Assembly: GCF_006345805.1 (NCBI RefSeq)
Contig: NC_043008.1
Location: 5,828,001-5,892,000 of the forward strand
Origin: Octopus sinensis
Taxonomy: Eukaryota
Direction of reading: 5' to 3'
Length of the DNA: 64,000 bases
Made by a program: the position numbers and the translations under genes. A model generated the notes under the pieces. That model worked only from the letters and a program-made list of their open reading frames with translations, ran no database searches and was not told where the DNA came from. Numbering within the stretch: the first letter of the stretch is position 1; the number at the start of each line of letters is the position of its first letter. This document shows, piece by piece, positions 49,316 through 60,839 of this stretch.

Positions 49316-51353
49316 GTCGCTACTAGTTTTCGAAAACTTGGTATATAATTACTTGTGATTATTATTGCATTTATTTAATTGTATAGCCTCTGAGAAAAAT
49401 GACCTCACCAATTTGTATCATGGAAACATAAAGGATGATAGATGTAATTAAATTAATCAACCTCAATGAAATTATCTCCCTAACCAACTTTCAACATTCA
49501 CCGAACTACAGACGTTTGAGCTGAACATCAACTATACGAATCGAAGGACGAACCTCCGATAAATAATGAGAATTGCTGTATTCCTTCTGTCTAATTAATA
49601 TAACGAATTGTGAAGGGACAGAAATATTTAAAATGAGAAGGTAAAAATCTTTTCCAGGACTTTTGGCAGATTTTCAGTGTTTACCTGCTATGTTAAATAT
49701 CTTCGCAGGATTCCCCAGCTAATCCGGTAGCTATTCTCAACTGCTATTTTAACTGAGACATGTACAAGTCATTGCACTCCTCAAATTCTCAATGAAACAG
49801 CTGTAGGAAAATTGGAACACCAGATCTATGTACGAATCGTCCAATGGCTAATTGCGCCATTTCTCTTTTATAGAAGGAAAGAAGCAAGAAATAAATCTGC
49901 ACATTATATCAATGCTTAGTGCTTTTCCACCGAAACAGTACACTGATAGTTTTAATTCAATCTCCTTTTTAAAGATTAACCACAAAATAATTGTTGATCT
50001 CAGATCAGTGAAGTAAAATTTTTAGGAATGTTCAGATCATTATAGCTGAAAGTATTAAACAGATAACTGAAAAACCTCTATTTGATTAGGATGCTTATCT
50101 TTTGTATGCAGCTTTCCCAGTAAATACACATATCAGTTTCTGTATATTTATTGAATAAAGGAAATATATAATTACATTAAACATCGCAAAATACGAAACA
50201 CATGAAACAACAAAAGTGCACGAAAGAGACCTAAACTCGTGGCAGATGCAGCCTTACCCCTGAAACTATTTCACCTCTACACATCAATGTCGTAATTTGA
50301 TAGACTGTAAAATAAGTCGTCTGGTTGTCTAGTTTTTCAATATTTTAAGATACTGGATCAAAAAGCAAACAAGCAAAAATATGACAAGATCGAATCTATT
50401 GTCGGTCTTTTATACTGTTTCATTTATTCTTTCCTTGTTTCACAGAAATATTTTAAAGAGTTTTTTGATGCAGATGAACAACGGAATTTCTGATTTCAAG
50501 TTAGATAGTCTTGTATTTTATTAGATTTCCAAAATAATTAGCTATTGTAGCAGTAGACAGATTTGGGTATGATTTATATTGAAATTTACCTGATAGAAAT
50601 CTATCTCTTAGTGTGGAATAGAAATGTTTGAAGTATATTTGTGCTATAAGAGAAGAGCTCTGCAGTTAGCCGTATCAAGTGAGTAACTGTCTGTTACTCA
50701 ATAGTTGGCATTCTGCTTCATAGACATGATGCTTCTCTCACTAAATCGAAACCCATACTAATAGATACGGGAGGAGAACTACAATATAACTGATGAATAT
50801 GTTTATGGTACGCACAGAAGAAAGCTAAGGTGCATGATCTCGTTAGGATTGAAGCCGGTGATGTTCAGCTTGAAGCTGTAGAGTTTAAAGCCTGTCACAG
50901 ACCTTAAATACTGGGTTAATGGCATGGTTTGGACAATGAGATACAGTAGTGATCGTGAGAGAAGGAGAAACATGTACGGGATAGGATGAGGCCAAAGTGA
51001 TAATCATCATTCTATTTCAGAGAAACAGACGCCATTATGGAATTGGTTGAAGGGGCAAAAAGAAGAAAGAGTAAAATGTGAAATCAGTATTTGTCAATCA
51101 ACCTAAGATATTTTTACTTGTAGCAGCAGTGGCACCAATCTATGGAGGTTAGCAGTAAAGGTGTTACTTGAGGGTCAATAACCAGTAACTTATCAGATTT
51201 GAAATATTTCTGGATCTGTAAGGGAAACATTCAATTATTTATCATCCTTGCAAAGGATATATTTTTCTAGTAAATTAACAATGATAAACTTTGATACAGT
51301 TCTATGATTTCAAACCAGTTGTTTCTCTGATGCTATTCAATATGTAACTAGAA

Positions 51354-51576
51354 GGTGGAGAGCTGTCAAAATCGTTATCACGCCGGACAAAACGCTTAGC
51401 AGCATTTCGTCCGTCTGTATGTTTTGAGTTCAAATTCCGCCGAGGTCGGGTTTGTCTTTCATTCTTTCGTGGTGGATAAAATAAGTACCAGCTGAGCACT
51501 GTGATCGATGTAATCGACTTACAACTCCACCCCCGTAAAACTGCTGGCCTTGTGCCGATATTTGAAACTAATATTT
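51354..51576 (+). mobile_element. SINE family B, tail type 3, diverged full length
   Basis: Head, core and CTGCTGGCCTTGTGCCGATATTTGAAACTAATATT tail. Confidence 0.85.
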
Positions 51577-52559
51577 GAATAGAATGAGGTCAAAACTTTA
51601 AGATAGCACTATGGATAATTCTAACAATGGTTATAATAACATAGACAAATTACTATAAGAATCACTCATTTATTAACCATTCCAGTTTACTGGTTACTTA
51701 TTTGCTTTATATTTCTTTTTCTTTTCAACCAAACATTTTTCTTAATGCTTCAATTAAGATATCGTAGCTGTGAGTTTAAGATGCTGAACTTACTTGAATA
51801 TATCAATTTTTAACGGAACCGTTAGAATACCTTCGCTATCGTGCTTCATTCAGTCTGCCTGACTGACAATGACTGTTTAGTAGCTAGAAGACATCAACAG
51901 TTAAAGCTAATTGCTCCAACTACATATCAAATTTTCAAAAGATAAAACCATATACGCCAAAGTTGATGTTGACAAATGGAAACACAACCATAAAGATAAA
52001 GTAAAAGAAGGAATTTTAATCTTTGAGCTTGGCAAAACGTTTTCAAGTGGTAACTTTACGACTTGGAATCTTGGTATTCACTTCTTCTACTAGAGAAGTA
52101 CATATTTTATCAACTGTTAACACATAAAGCCAAATTGTTATGACACCACGTAATACCATACTAAATCATTCCATCTGGCATAAACTACTTACTGAAACAC
52201 CTAATTAATATTCATAAGAAGATGTCAAATAATCTTCAGTTTTATTAGCACAACTTACATTTATCTAATCATAACAATACTCTTTCATTGACTTTTTTTT
52301 TATAGCAAATAAATATGAGGTTAATTCTAATTTTAAGTTTAAATCCTCATCGTCTCTATCTCCATCGACATTAGTAGAATATATTCAAGAGCAGAGATCT
52401 TGTCATGGTGTGTAGCATGATAGCGTAACTATTCAATACTATTTTGAATATTTCAAATATTTTCATAGTACGTTTGTAGGTTAATTTATGTTTCTTGGTT
52501 GATTTCACGCAGATATTTTCATATTGATTGTTTCTTTTCGTTTCTTTCTTGAGAGCTTA

Positions 52560-53200
52560 CTTCCTTTATATAACATTATATACAAATATGAACCTGAACA
52601 GATTGTTGCTATTGTGGCGATTTATAATAAAATCAGTACTTCTACTTCAGCAGACCTCATAAAATATCTTATAAATATAATCTTTTCGGTGTAATTCCTG
52701 TCTTAGACTAGCCTGAGATTAATGACAACCGACATGCAATGTTTCTTTCTATTCAGTGGTGCTTTACAAGGAAGGATTTGCTTTGCATTGGCTCTCCGAC
52801 TCCTTATTGCATTTTACACGATTCTTGCTGCAAAGGTTGTTTTATGTTGGCAGCTTTGATTTTTAGAATTTGTATTCTTTGATTCTTTGATACACTTTTA
52901 TCTTGAGAGACAATGAATGCGTTCTCCTCGGCATAGACGTAAGAAGGAATAGTAACATAAGGTATAAAATATCACTTGTGTCGTAAGACCTCACTCATTT
53001 CGCATAATGGGGTATAGTGCAGAGAATAGGAAGTTGGCAACACAACTGGCATCATTCTTATTTTAAGGATTCCTAAGATGACACAATGGACAACACCAGA
53101 CTCTGCTCCAATGTTGATATGAGAGATAACACCTTATAATTTATCTAGAAATGGCAACCGCATATTAAATCTGACCGTCTTTCCCAGTAATTAATATACA
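52560..53200 (-). mobile_element. Decayed Penelope-like element (possible GIY-YIG region)
   Basis: Broken minus-strand translation ...SDILY...KVYQRIKEYK... resembles SNVIY...C...YIG.T...L..RIKEH. Many stops. Confidence 0.35.
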
Positions 53201-53243
53201 ATTATTGATGTCAAAAGTTTCCAAACTGAAGGTGCTAAGTTGG

Positions 53244-53301
53244 AAATAAATTGACCCCTTGATCACAAACTTGAATCTGTGATCAAGTGGTCAGTTTATT
53301 T
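53244..53301. ncRNA. Pre-miRNA-sized hairpin candidate
   Basis: AAATAAATTGACCCCTTGATCACA-(AACTTGAATC)-TGTGATCAAGTGGTCAGTTTATTT: 24-bp stem with one G.U and one mismatch, 10-nt loop. Confidence 0.35.
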
Positions 53302-54299
53302 GTTTAGATGTGGTTGATAAGGTTGTCATGTGTTTCCACTCCGATATCAGTATTGACTTCTTAACAGTCGGAGGTCATCCAACTGCCAAGTTAATTGGTC
53401 AATATCACTTGCGTAAAATCTTTACCCATTCAGAACATCCCATTCCTTAACACTCATCACTTATTTATACCTGGTATTATTATTATTCGCCCAACCACAA
53501 TCCCCTAAGAGCAGAGTAGGCATATATTATACCCCCTCCCTTTCGTTACCTTCCTCTTTCCTCCCCCACCCCAGAACCACTTCCATTTTCTCACATCTTT
53601 CTCCAGCCATGCTCTCTCTCTTCTAGACTCAATCCTTAGAAGCACCACTTTTCCTCCTTATCTTCCTCTGGCCATGATCTTTCCTCTCGGCTATACTCTA
53701 TACATCCTTACATCCCTTTCACTTCCCATCTCTTCTAATTCCCACGCATGTCTAACCTAACCCTCCCCTTAACCACTCCTACGTCTCTTGTCTTCAATGT
53801 TACGGTCACTGCTATCCCATCCAACTATCTCCCCTCACATTCTTACGAAATTCTACCCTCTGAGCCCCTGCCCGCTCATTCATTCCAATTCTCTGTATCA
53901 CTTCACCTATATTTTCCCTTACTCTACCTTTGTTATGAAACGCATGTTTTTGCGCTTATCTGTGTCATGTATATATGTTGCCTGCGTGCGTGTCTGTGAT
54001 TCTCTGTGTTTCTTTCTGTGTGTGTGTATATGCCTGTATTATACAGATATACGTGTTTGCGCGTTTTTTTCTGCCCCTTTGCCTTCAGAAAGGGAGACAA
54101 ATTTTTATAGCGCATCTTTATAATAATGAACAAAATTATTGTGCTCCGAAGCACCTAGGGATTAGATTCGCTTCAAGGTTTTCAGACACAAGGTTCTATG
54201 CTTAAGGGTGCACTGGTCGAAACATTTTATAATGACAGTACTGTGTTTAGTCTAAAACCAAGGTACACATACATACACATTTGTATTTCAATATTATGT

Positions 54300-54460
54300 G
54301 TCGTCTGTCTTGACGTACCGAGTTCAAAATCCGCCGAGGTCGACTTTGCCTTTTATCCTTCCGGAGTCGATAAATTAAGTACCAGTTGCGTACTGGGGTC
54401 AATCTAATCGACTGGCCCCTTGCCCCAAAATTTCGGGCCTTGTTCCTAGAGTAGAAAATA

Positions 54461-54461
<1 letters not shown>
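54300..54461 (+). mobile_element. SINE family B, 5'-truncated, tail type 2
   Basis: Core plus GGCCCCTTGCCCCAAAATTTCGGGCCTTGTTCCTAGAGTAGAAAATAAT. Confidence 0.88.
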
Positions 54462-54503
<42 letters not shown>

Positions 54504-54505
54504 AA

Positions 54506-54722
54506 GGCGGTAAGCTGATAGAATTGTTAGCCCGTGGGGCAGAATGGTTAATTGCATTTCGTCCGTCTTTACGTTCTAAGTTCAAATTTCGCCGAAGTCG
54601 ACTTTGCCCTTCATCCTTTCGGGGTCGATAAATTAAGTATCGGAGAAAGACTGGGGTCGATGTAATCGACTAGCCACCTTCCTCAAAATTGTTGACCTTG
54701 TGCCAAAATTTGAAATCAATAT
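54506..54722 (+). mobile_element. SINE family B, tail type 3
   Basis: Diverged head, core and CCTTGTGCCAAAATTTGAAATCAATATT tail. Confidence 0.85.
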
Positions 54723-55397
54723 TATTTGTGTTTGTGTGTGCGTGCGAGCGTGTGTCTGTGTGTGCGAGTGTATGTGTTTTCGTGCGTACGTGTGTGTATC
54801 CCTCGCAATAAAGAAGTAATGTTTCTGAAAAATCTTGCCGTGATGCAAAATTAATTTTCCTATTGATTTTCGTATCATAAAATGATAAAATGTATTTCGA
54901 GGGATATTTTCGAAAGAGGGAAAAAAAGAAAAATTCCAACACAGCTACTTTTATGCATGAAAAAATTTCTAAACATAAGCAGAAGCGAAATACGTTAGGG
55001 AAATAAACACGTTTGGGAATAAACAAGAAATTTAATATCGTAATAGGGCACGTTCTGACCGCAAAACAGGTTAACCAATGTGTGAATAGGGGTGGGATGG
55101 GAATTACTGGGAGGGTGAACGTTATCATCTATCTTCTATCTTATAATTCATCTTCATCAACAAATACCTGAGGGGCGAAGAGCATATTTAAAAAATTGTT
55201 CCATGTTTATGGTGCATCATGTATTTGTACGGCTCAGTGTAGAAACTTCGACAGGCTGAAACGTCGAAGCCACTCGAAGTAATGTTCATGTTTAAGAATA
55301 ATAAATTGTTCACTACGAAATTTTGGAGAAATTCATCAGATTAATGTAAAATAAAATTGTTTTTATTACAAGTGAACATAATATATTTTTATATATA

Positions 55398-55398
55398 T

Positions 55399-55474
<76 letters not shown>

Positions 55475-55519
55475 CCTACCTACCTACCTACCTACCTACC
55501 TACCTACCTACCTACCTAC

Positions 55520-55610
<91 letters not shown>

Positions 55611-55613
55611 CCA

Positions 55614-55698
<85 letters not shown>

Positions 55699-55753
55699 CC
55701 TACCTGCCTGCCTGTCTGTCTGTCTATCTATCTATCATCTATCTATCTATCTA
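55398..55753. repeat. (TATC)n/(TACC)n/(TGTC)n compound microsatellite
   Basis: Directly visible. Confidence 0.96.
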
Positions 55754-55755
55754 TA

Positions 55756-56375
55756 TTGGGTCATCCCATAAATAATGCGGTTTTTTCAATTGCATGAGCT
55801 AAAAGTCGGAAGGGGACGAGATAAACTATCTGCATCAACTTGCCATAGAAGCAGGTAGTAATTATCCCTTTCACTTAATCTTGGTGCAAGTTTTGAAGAG
55901 TGCAGTTCGATTTTAACAGTTGTTTTTTCAAAGCTATCATATAATGGAAGTAACAAAGGAGCATATTCGGAATATTTTGCTTTATGAGTTCAATAAAAGC
56001 AACAACGCAGTATATGAGGATCGGGCAATAAGTTTAAGCCAGTGCCAACAGTGGTTCCAGAAATTCCGAGCCGGAAACTACAGCCAGGAAGACGAGCCTC
56101 GTCCTGGAAGATCTGTAGAGCTCGACGATGACGTCCCGCAAACCCTGGTGGAACAAAATCTAATCGTAACTTTTGAGGAACTAGTAGAGAAGCCTGGATT
56201 TGGTCATTCACTCGTTCAATGACGCCAGCACTAGAAGAAAAATGACCATCTTTGGTTTCAAGATGAAAGGTGTTCTTCCATCAGGATAATGCTCGGCCAC
56301 GTACAGCATGGATGACATTCCAAAGGCTGAAGCAGTTTGAATGAGAAACGATACCCAACCAACCATATTCCCTGA
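55756..56375 (+). mobile_element. Mariner element, internally deleted, right end missing
   Basis: TA plus TTGGGTCATCCCATAAATAATGCGG left TIR. MEVTKEHIRNILLYEFNK...WFQKFRAGNYS.EDEPRPGR, then VFFHQDNARP and PYSP motifs. Confidence 0.9.
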
Positions 56376-57132
56376 GAATACGTGTGCATGTGTACAGATA
56401 TATGAAAGCGTATGTACATTAGTATGTATGTGTATGCATAAATCATATTTAATGCAGCCGAGCTTCTCTTCTAGAACACAAATCATTTTTCTTTTCTGTT
56501 ATTTAATTTTTCCAATTGCAGAGAAACTCTTCACACCTTTCTTCTTGTATTAGTTACCAAGTCAATGCTAAGAAGTCTAAAATATGCCTTACACTTCATC
56601 GCTCAGTTCCAACAAATAAGACGAAATTAAATCTTGAATTCAAACTAGATTTCAACAATCTCTTGCAATTACAAAGTTCACTGCTCACTTGTTAAAGACT
56701 CCAGCTGAATACACGTTTCCCTTGCACCAGTTTTATTCTCTAAAATGCCTTTTGCTTTGAAAATATTTCAGTCTAAAACAATTAACCAAGCTACAACATG
56801 ATTTCGCTAAAATAGGCCACATCGACCTCAGAGCAAAATAAAAAATAGAGCTACATTTAAAGATTATTATTGTTATTATTATTGTTATTATTATTAACGT
56901 TATTATCATTCGAAGGAATCATTTTAACAACTAAAAATTACACCGGCATTTTGCAGTGTTTTGTTTATTCAAAAAAAATTTGTATAATCATATTAAATGA
57001 CAGAAAAGTAAAGTGAAAAACGTGCGTTCTTTTACATTATTTTTAGAATTATTTCCCTCTCAGTAATATTAAAGTGAATATTATTATTAGTATTAATATT
57101 GATAATATTGATATTAAGAAGATTAACATTGA

Positions 57133-57163
<31 letters not shown>

Positions 57164-57454
57164 ATTATTATTATTATTGTTGTTGTTGTTGTTTTATTAT
57201 CTGAGTATTGTTATTAATGAAGAAATTTATTTCCCATTTATTTTACTTTAAATATTATTCGCTAGATTCAATTCACTTGAAATGGTTCGAGGAACAACTG
57301 TTTCATGATTCCAAACTCACTTGCATTTTCCAATACCTCAGAGCTTTTATGCATAATTACCAATGTTTACAAGGCCTGTTTCATGTAAAGTTGCAATGAC
57401 ATATTGGAACGGAGAGGGTCCCCAGTGGATAGCAGATTCTACAAATGAGCAAAT

Positions 57455-57495
<41 letters not shown>

Positions 57496-57737
57496 TAGAA
57501 TATCTACGTGTGTGTATGCAAGGATAAAAATGCGTATGTGTGCGCATATTCGTTATATGCGTGGAAATACTCGAATGTGTATTTTTGATATCATTATTAA
57601 TACATCAGAGATATTAATGAGAAATAGATGTATTGATTAATTTATGGTTTTAGAGAATTCATTTAATTGCTGACTCTGTTGTTAAACTCGTACCTACATG
57701 CATACACAAACATCTGTAAATTTGAATTATATACATA

Positions 57738-58260
57738 CCGTAAACCCTCGAATATAATCCGCATTTTTCCCCCCAAATTTAAAGGTTAAAATCCCTAGTG
57801 CGTATCATACACGAGGTTAAAAATGAAAAATATTTTCTCAGCAATGTCTGAGTCTCTATTTGCTCTCCAGCAATTTTTATTCAGATGCATTTTGTGATGT
57901 CGGGCGCGAAAATACCATAAGCTAAGCCTGAAAGCAATGAAGTCATACAAATATCATCCATAACTTGCAGTAAGCAACATTTATTAAAATAAATGTATTC
58001 AGAACACAGAATAATATGTAACAAAAACAATTTGCAAACATATTTACATTCCCATATAACAGTTAAAAACATCACCATTATTGTATCACGCATGCGTGGA
58101 AGTGTTTGTTCGACTAGGTGCTGCTGGCTTAATTGCGCACGACTCAAGTTAGAAAAGGGGTGTGTATTATACACAAGGTTTAGGTTTTTCAGAAGTGCAG
58201 CCCCCTAAAAATCCCCTGCGTATTATAGTCAAGGGCGGACTATACTCGAGGATTTTACGG
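57738..58260. mobile_element. Tc1/mariner-superfamily MITE (CCGTA termini, Tc2/pogo-like), TA TSD
   Basis: Left CCGTAAACCCTCGAATATAATCCGC; right end reverse-complements to CCGTAAAATCCTCGAGTATAGTCCGC. TA at 57736-57737 and 58261-58262. Confidence 0.88.
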
Positions 58261-58278
58261 TATACATACATATAAGAC

Positions 58279-58660
58279 GGTAAAGTTCGCCTTTGGTCAT
58301 GAATAACCATGGGACTGCACCTAGGAAGTTCTCCTCCAAGAGACATGTCCGGGCAAGGTTGTTTTGTGGAGGACCAGCAGTCGTCCATGCATATCAGTCT
58401 CCCCTCTCTACGTCACTGATGTTGTTCAAAGGAAAAGCAAAGGCCGATACAGCATGACACCCTGTGTTTCATGATCCGATGATCCACACTGCTCTGTCCT
58501 CTTCTTACAAGTCTTTCCCTGATTTGTCTTCAAGCCTTTCTCGGTTGCAAAAGTCCTACAGCACAGCTTACATCCAAAATTGTCTGCACTTCGTTCGCTG
58601 TTCGAAGGAATAGCCGTATTCATGCCCCAGGTCACTTCCCTGTTAACAGGGTTCATGCAT
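58279..58660 (-). mobile_element. Non-LTR retroelement derivative: N-terminal zinc-finger remnant joined to a 3' tail
   Basis: FGCKLCCRTFATEKGLKTNQGKTC (core at 58507-58572) resembles the C-x2-C..F...RGL..H N-terminal finger of R2/HERO-type elements. A GC-balanced non-coding segment ending ...CTTTACC follows immediately. Confidence 0.45.
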
Positions 58661-59148
58661 TACCTCCCTGATGAGAAACTCAGAACTCCCATGTCCCTGG
58701 CGATGGACCTGATTGACATTAATTTTCTTTCTTTCTTTCCTCCTCTTCTTCCTCTCTCGACCTATAACATAAAATTTCTTAATGGTATTTTAAAAACTAC
58801 TAACGTTCTCTATCCGCTTTTTGTTTTTATATGTTATATATTATAATTTCCTACATTTGTAAACATGGTTTCTTAATGAACACTGGTTTTTATAATCTCC
58901 ACTCTGATGATATTGATGCATTATTTCACCTTCTTATTCCTCCCGGATTAAATCCAACGAAACGGTGATAAAAATGATTTAAGTAACATCTTGTGCGTTT
59001 GTCTCTATTTTCCATTTCTCCTTGATATCCCCCAAAACACGTCTCACTTCTCCTTGAAATTATTACCTATGTATGTTTGGTTACTAGTGATATTTGGTTA
59101 CCCTGGTAACTATTTCTCTGGATCTTTCCATGAAGATTATAAACACAC

Positions 59149-59221
<73 letters not shown>

Positions 59222-60672
59222 AAGGATCATTGGTAACTGGACAACGAAGTAACGGAAAAACTGGGTGGCATTTGACCCGGCTAATAGAAAAAGTGATTGG
59301 GCTAATATAGTTTAATTGATGAGAGGTATAATCATTGTTACTCTTGTGTTCTCAGTCAGTATTTATGGGGCAAATAGAAGACATTTCAACTGGGTCTTAT
59401 TAGTGTTTTAAAGAAAAGAACTAGGACTATCATGGCAGGAATGTTTTTTTTTATCAAGGGTTTACTTCATCACTGTAGTGAACCCATTTGTAGAAATAGT
59501 TTTTAGAAACTATGTTCGTCAGATTTTTATTATTTGTGCTTTTATACAGTAATGAAGCTACAGTATAGCAAAGCGGTAGAGTTAGTCCTATTTGCTAGAC
59601 TTATATGCAGATATAAGTATAATGGTTAACGCTTTGAATAAATAACTTAGGAATGTTTTGAAAATAGTTTTGGATTAATAGTTTATTTTACAGAACAATG
59701 TACACAGATGCCTTCAAGCCAGAAAGAAACTGTACTCGGATATAAAATACAGTATACAACAGTGCATACTTTTCTCTTTGTTAATCAAATGCTGTTTTTC
59801 TTTGAAGACTCCATTCAATTAAATATATTTGTGTCCTTCCATACATTTTCTTGACTGAGAAGATTTTTGTCTTGTTAAATAAATCAGACAAAAAGAGAAA
59901 TGAATTTGCGAAAGAAAGATTGATTATATTAATCTCCTGCATCGTAATAAGAAGACGGTGTGATATCTCAGTTACTTTGCAATACTATATTAGTTAAACT
60001 TATGAAGTTAATAAACAGTTAAAATGAGGTTTTAGTAAATGATAGTTTAACTTGCAAGTATATATCTGAGCTACATGAATCAGGACACGTCTCACCCATA
60101 CGCACACATGCGCAGAGAGTTAGTAATGGAAAATAATGCTATTAATGGTTTTAGCAGAGTTATGACAATGCTACCAATTTTTAGGACGTAATAGCTTAAA
60201 TGTTGAAGAAAATGTAATGACAAGTTGAAAAAAGTGAAATATCTTCAACAGTATTTTAAGAGCATTAAATAAATAATAAACTTGATTTAGAGTTTGACTT
60301 GTATTTTTGTAAATAAGTTTATGCGAAATAAAGGATAGTGAAATAGCAAGAGAGAGTTGAGTACTGCTGTCTTATTAAAATGAACCTTATGTCACAGCCT
60401 CCGGCTACAATACATTTGATTAGCTAAGAGAGCCAATTTCTCAAGTTTATATAAGCTTGTTAAAAGCTTCGAGGAAGTTGCTTTCGATATTTAAGTGCAA
60501 AAATTAAAGCTTACATTTTTGTCTGCCAATACCCAAAAAACTCCAGTAGACATTTAAAAACAAGCTTTCACCGACGTTACCGATAATGGTAATGCTAATC
60601 ACAGGTGTGTTTACATTTAAACGTAGATGTTGTAAGTTCAAATCCAAGGAAGCTATCTGCTACATCCCAATC

Positions 60673-60805
60673 ATTCTTTCTACTATAGGTACGAGGCACG
60701 AAATGTTTGGGAGGGGAAAAAGTTGATCACATTGACCTAATGCTCAACGGGTACTTATTTTATCCACCCCGAACTCGACTTCGACGGAATTTGAACTCAC
60801 AGCGT
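60673..60805 (-). mobile_element. SINE family B fragment, tail type 2, diverged
   Basis: ATTCTTTCTACTATAGGTACGAGGCACGAAA...GGTACTTATTTTATC...CGACGGAATTTGAACTCA. Confidence 0.7.
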
Positions 60806-60839
60806 GAAGCTGTAAGAAATAACCCACGGAGAAGACCGA

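Noticed and set aside
55225-55345. Minus-strand CTGATGA with an ATTT/AAAT stem and a nearby TTCGAC/GTCGAA hairpin
   Set aside because: The GAAA box is absent (reads CGTAG). Too degenerate to call.
58895-58965. CTGATGA...CGAAACGGTG
   Set aside because: Stem II pairing is poor and the residue at the cleavage position would be G.
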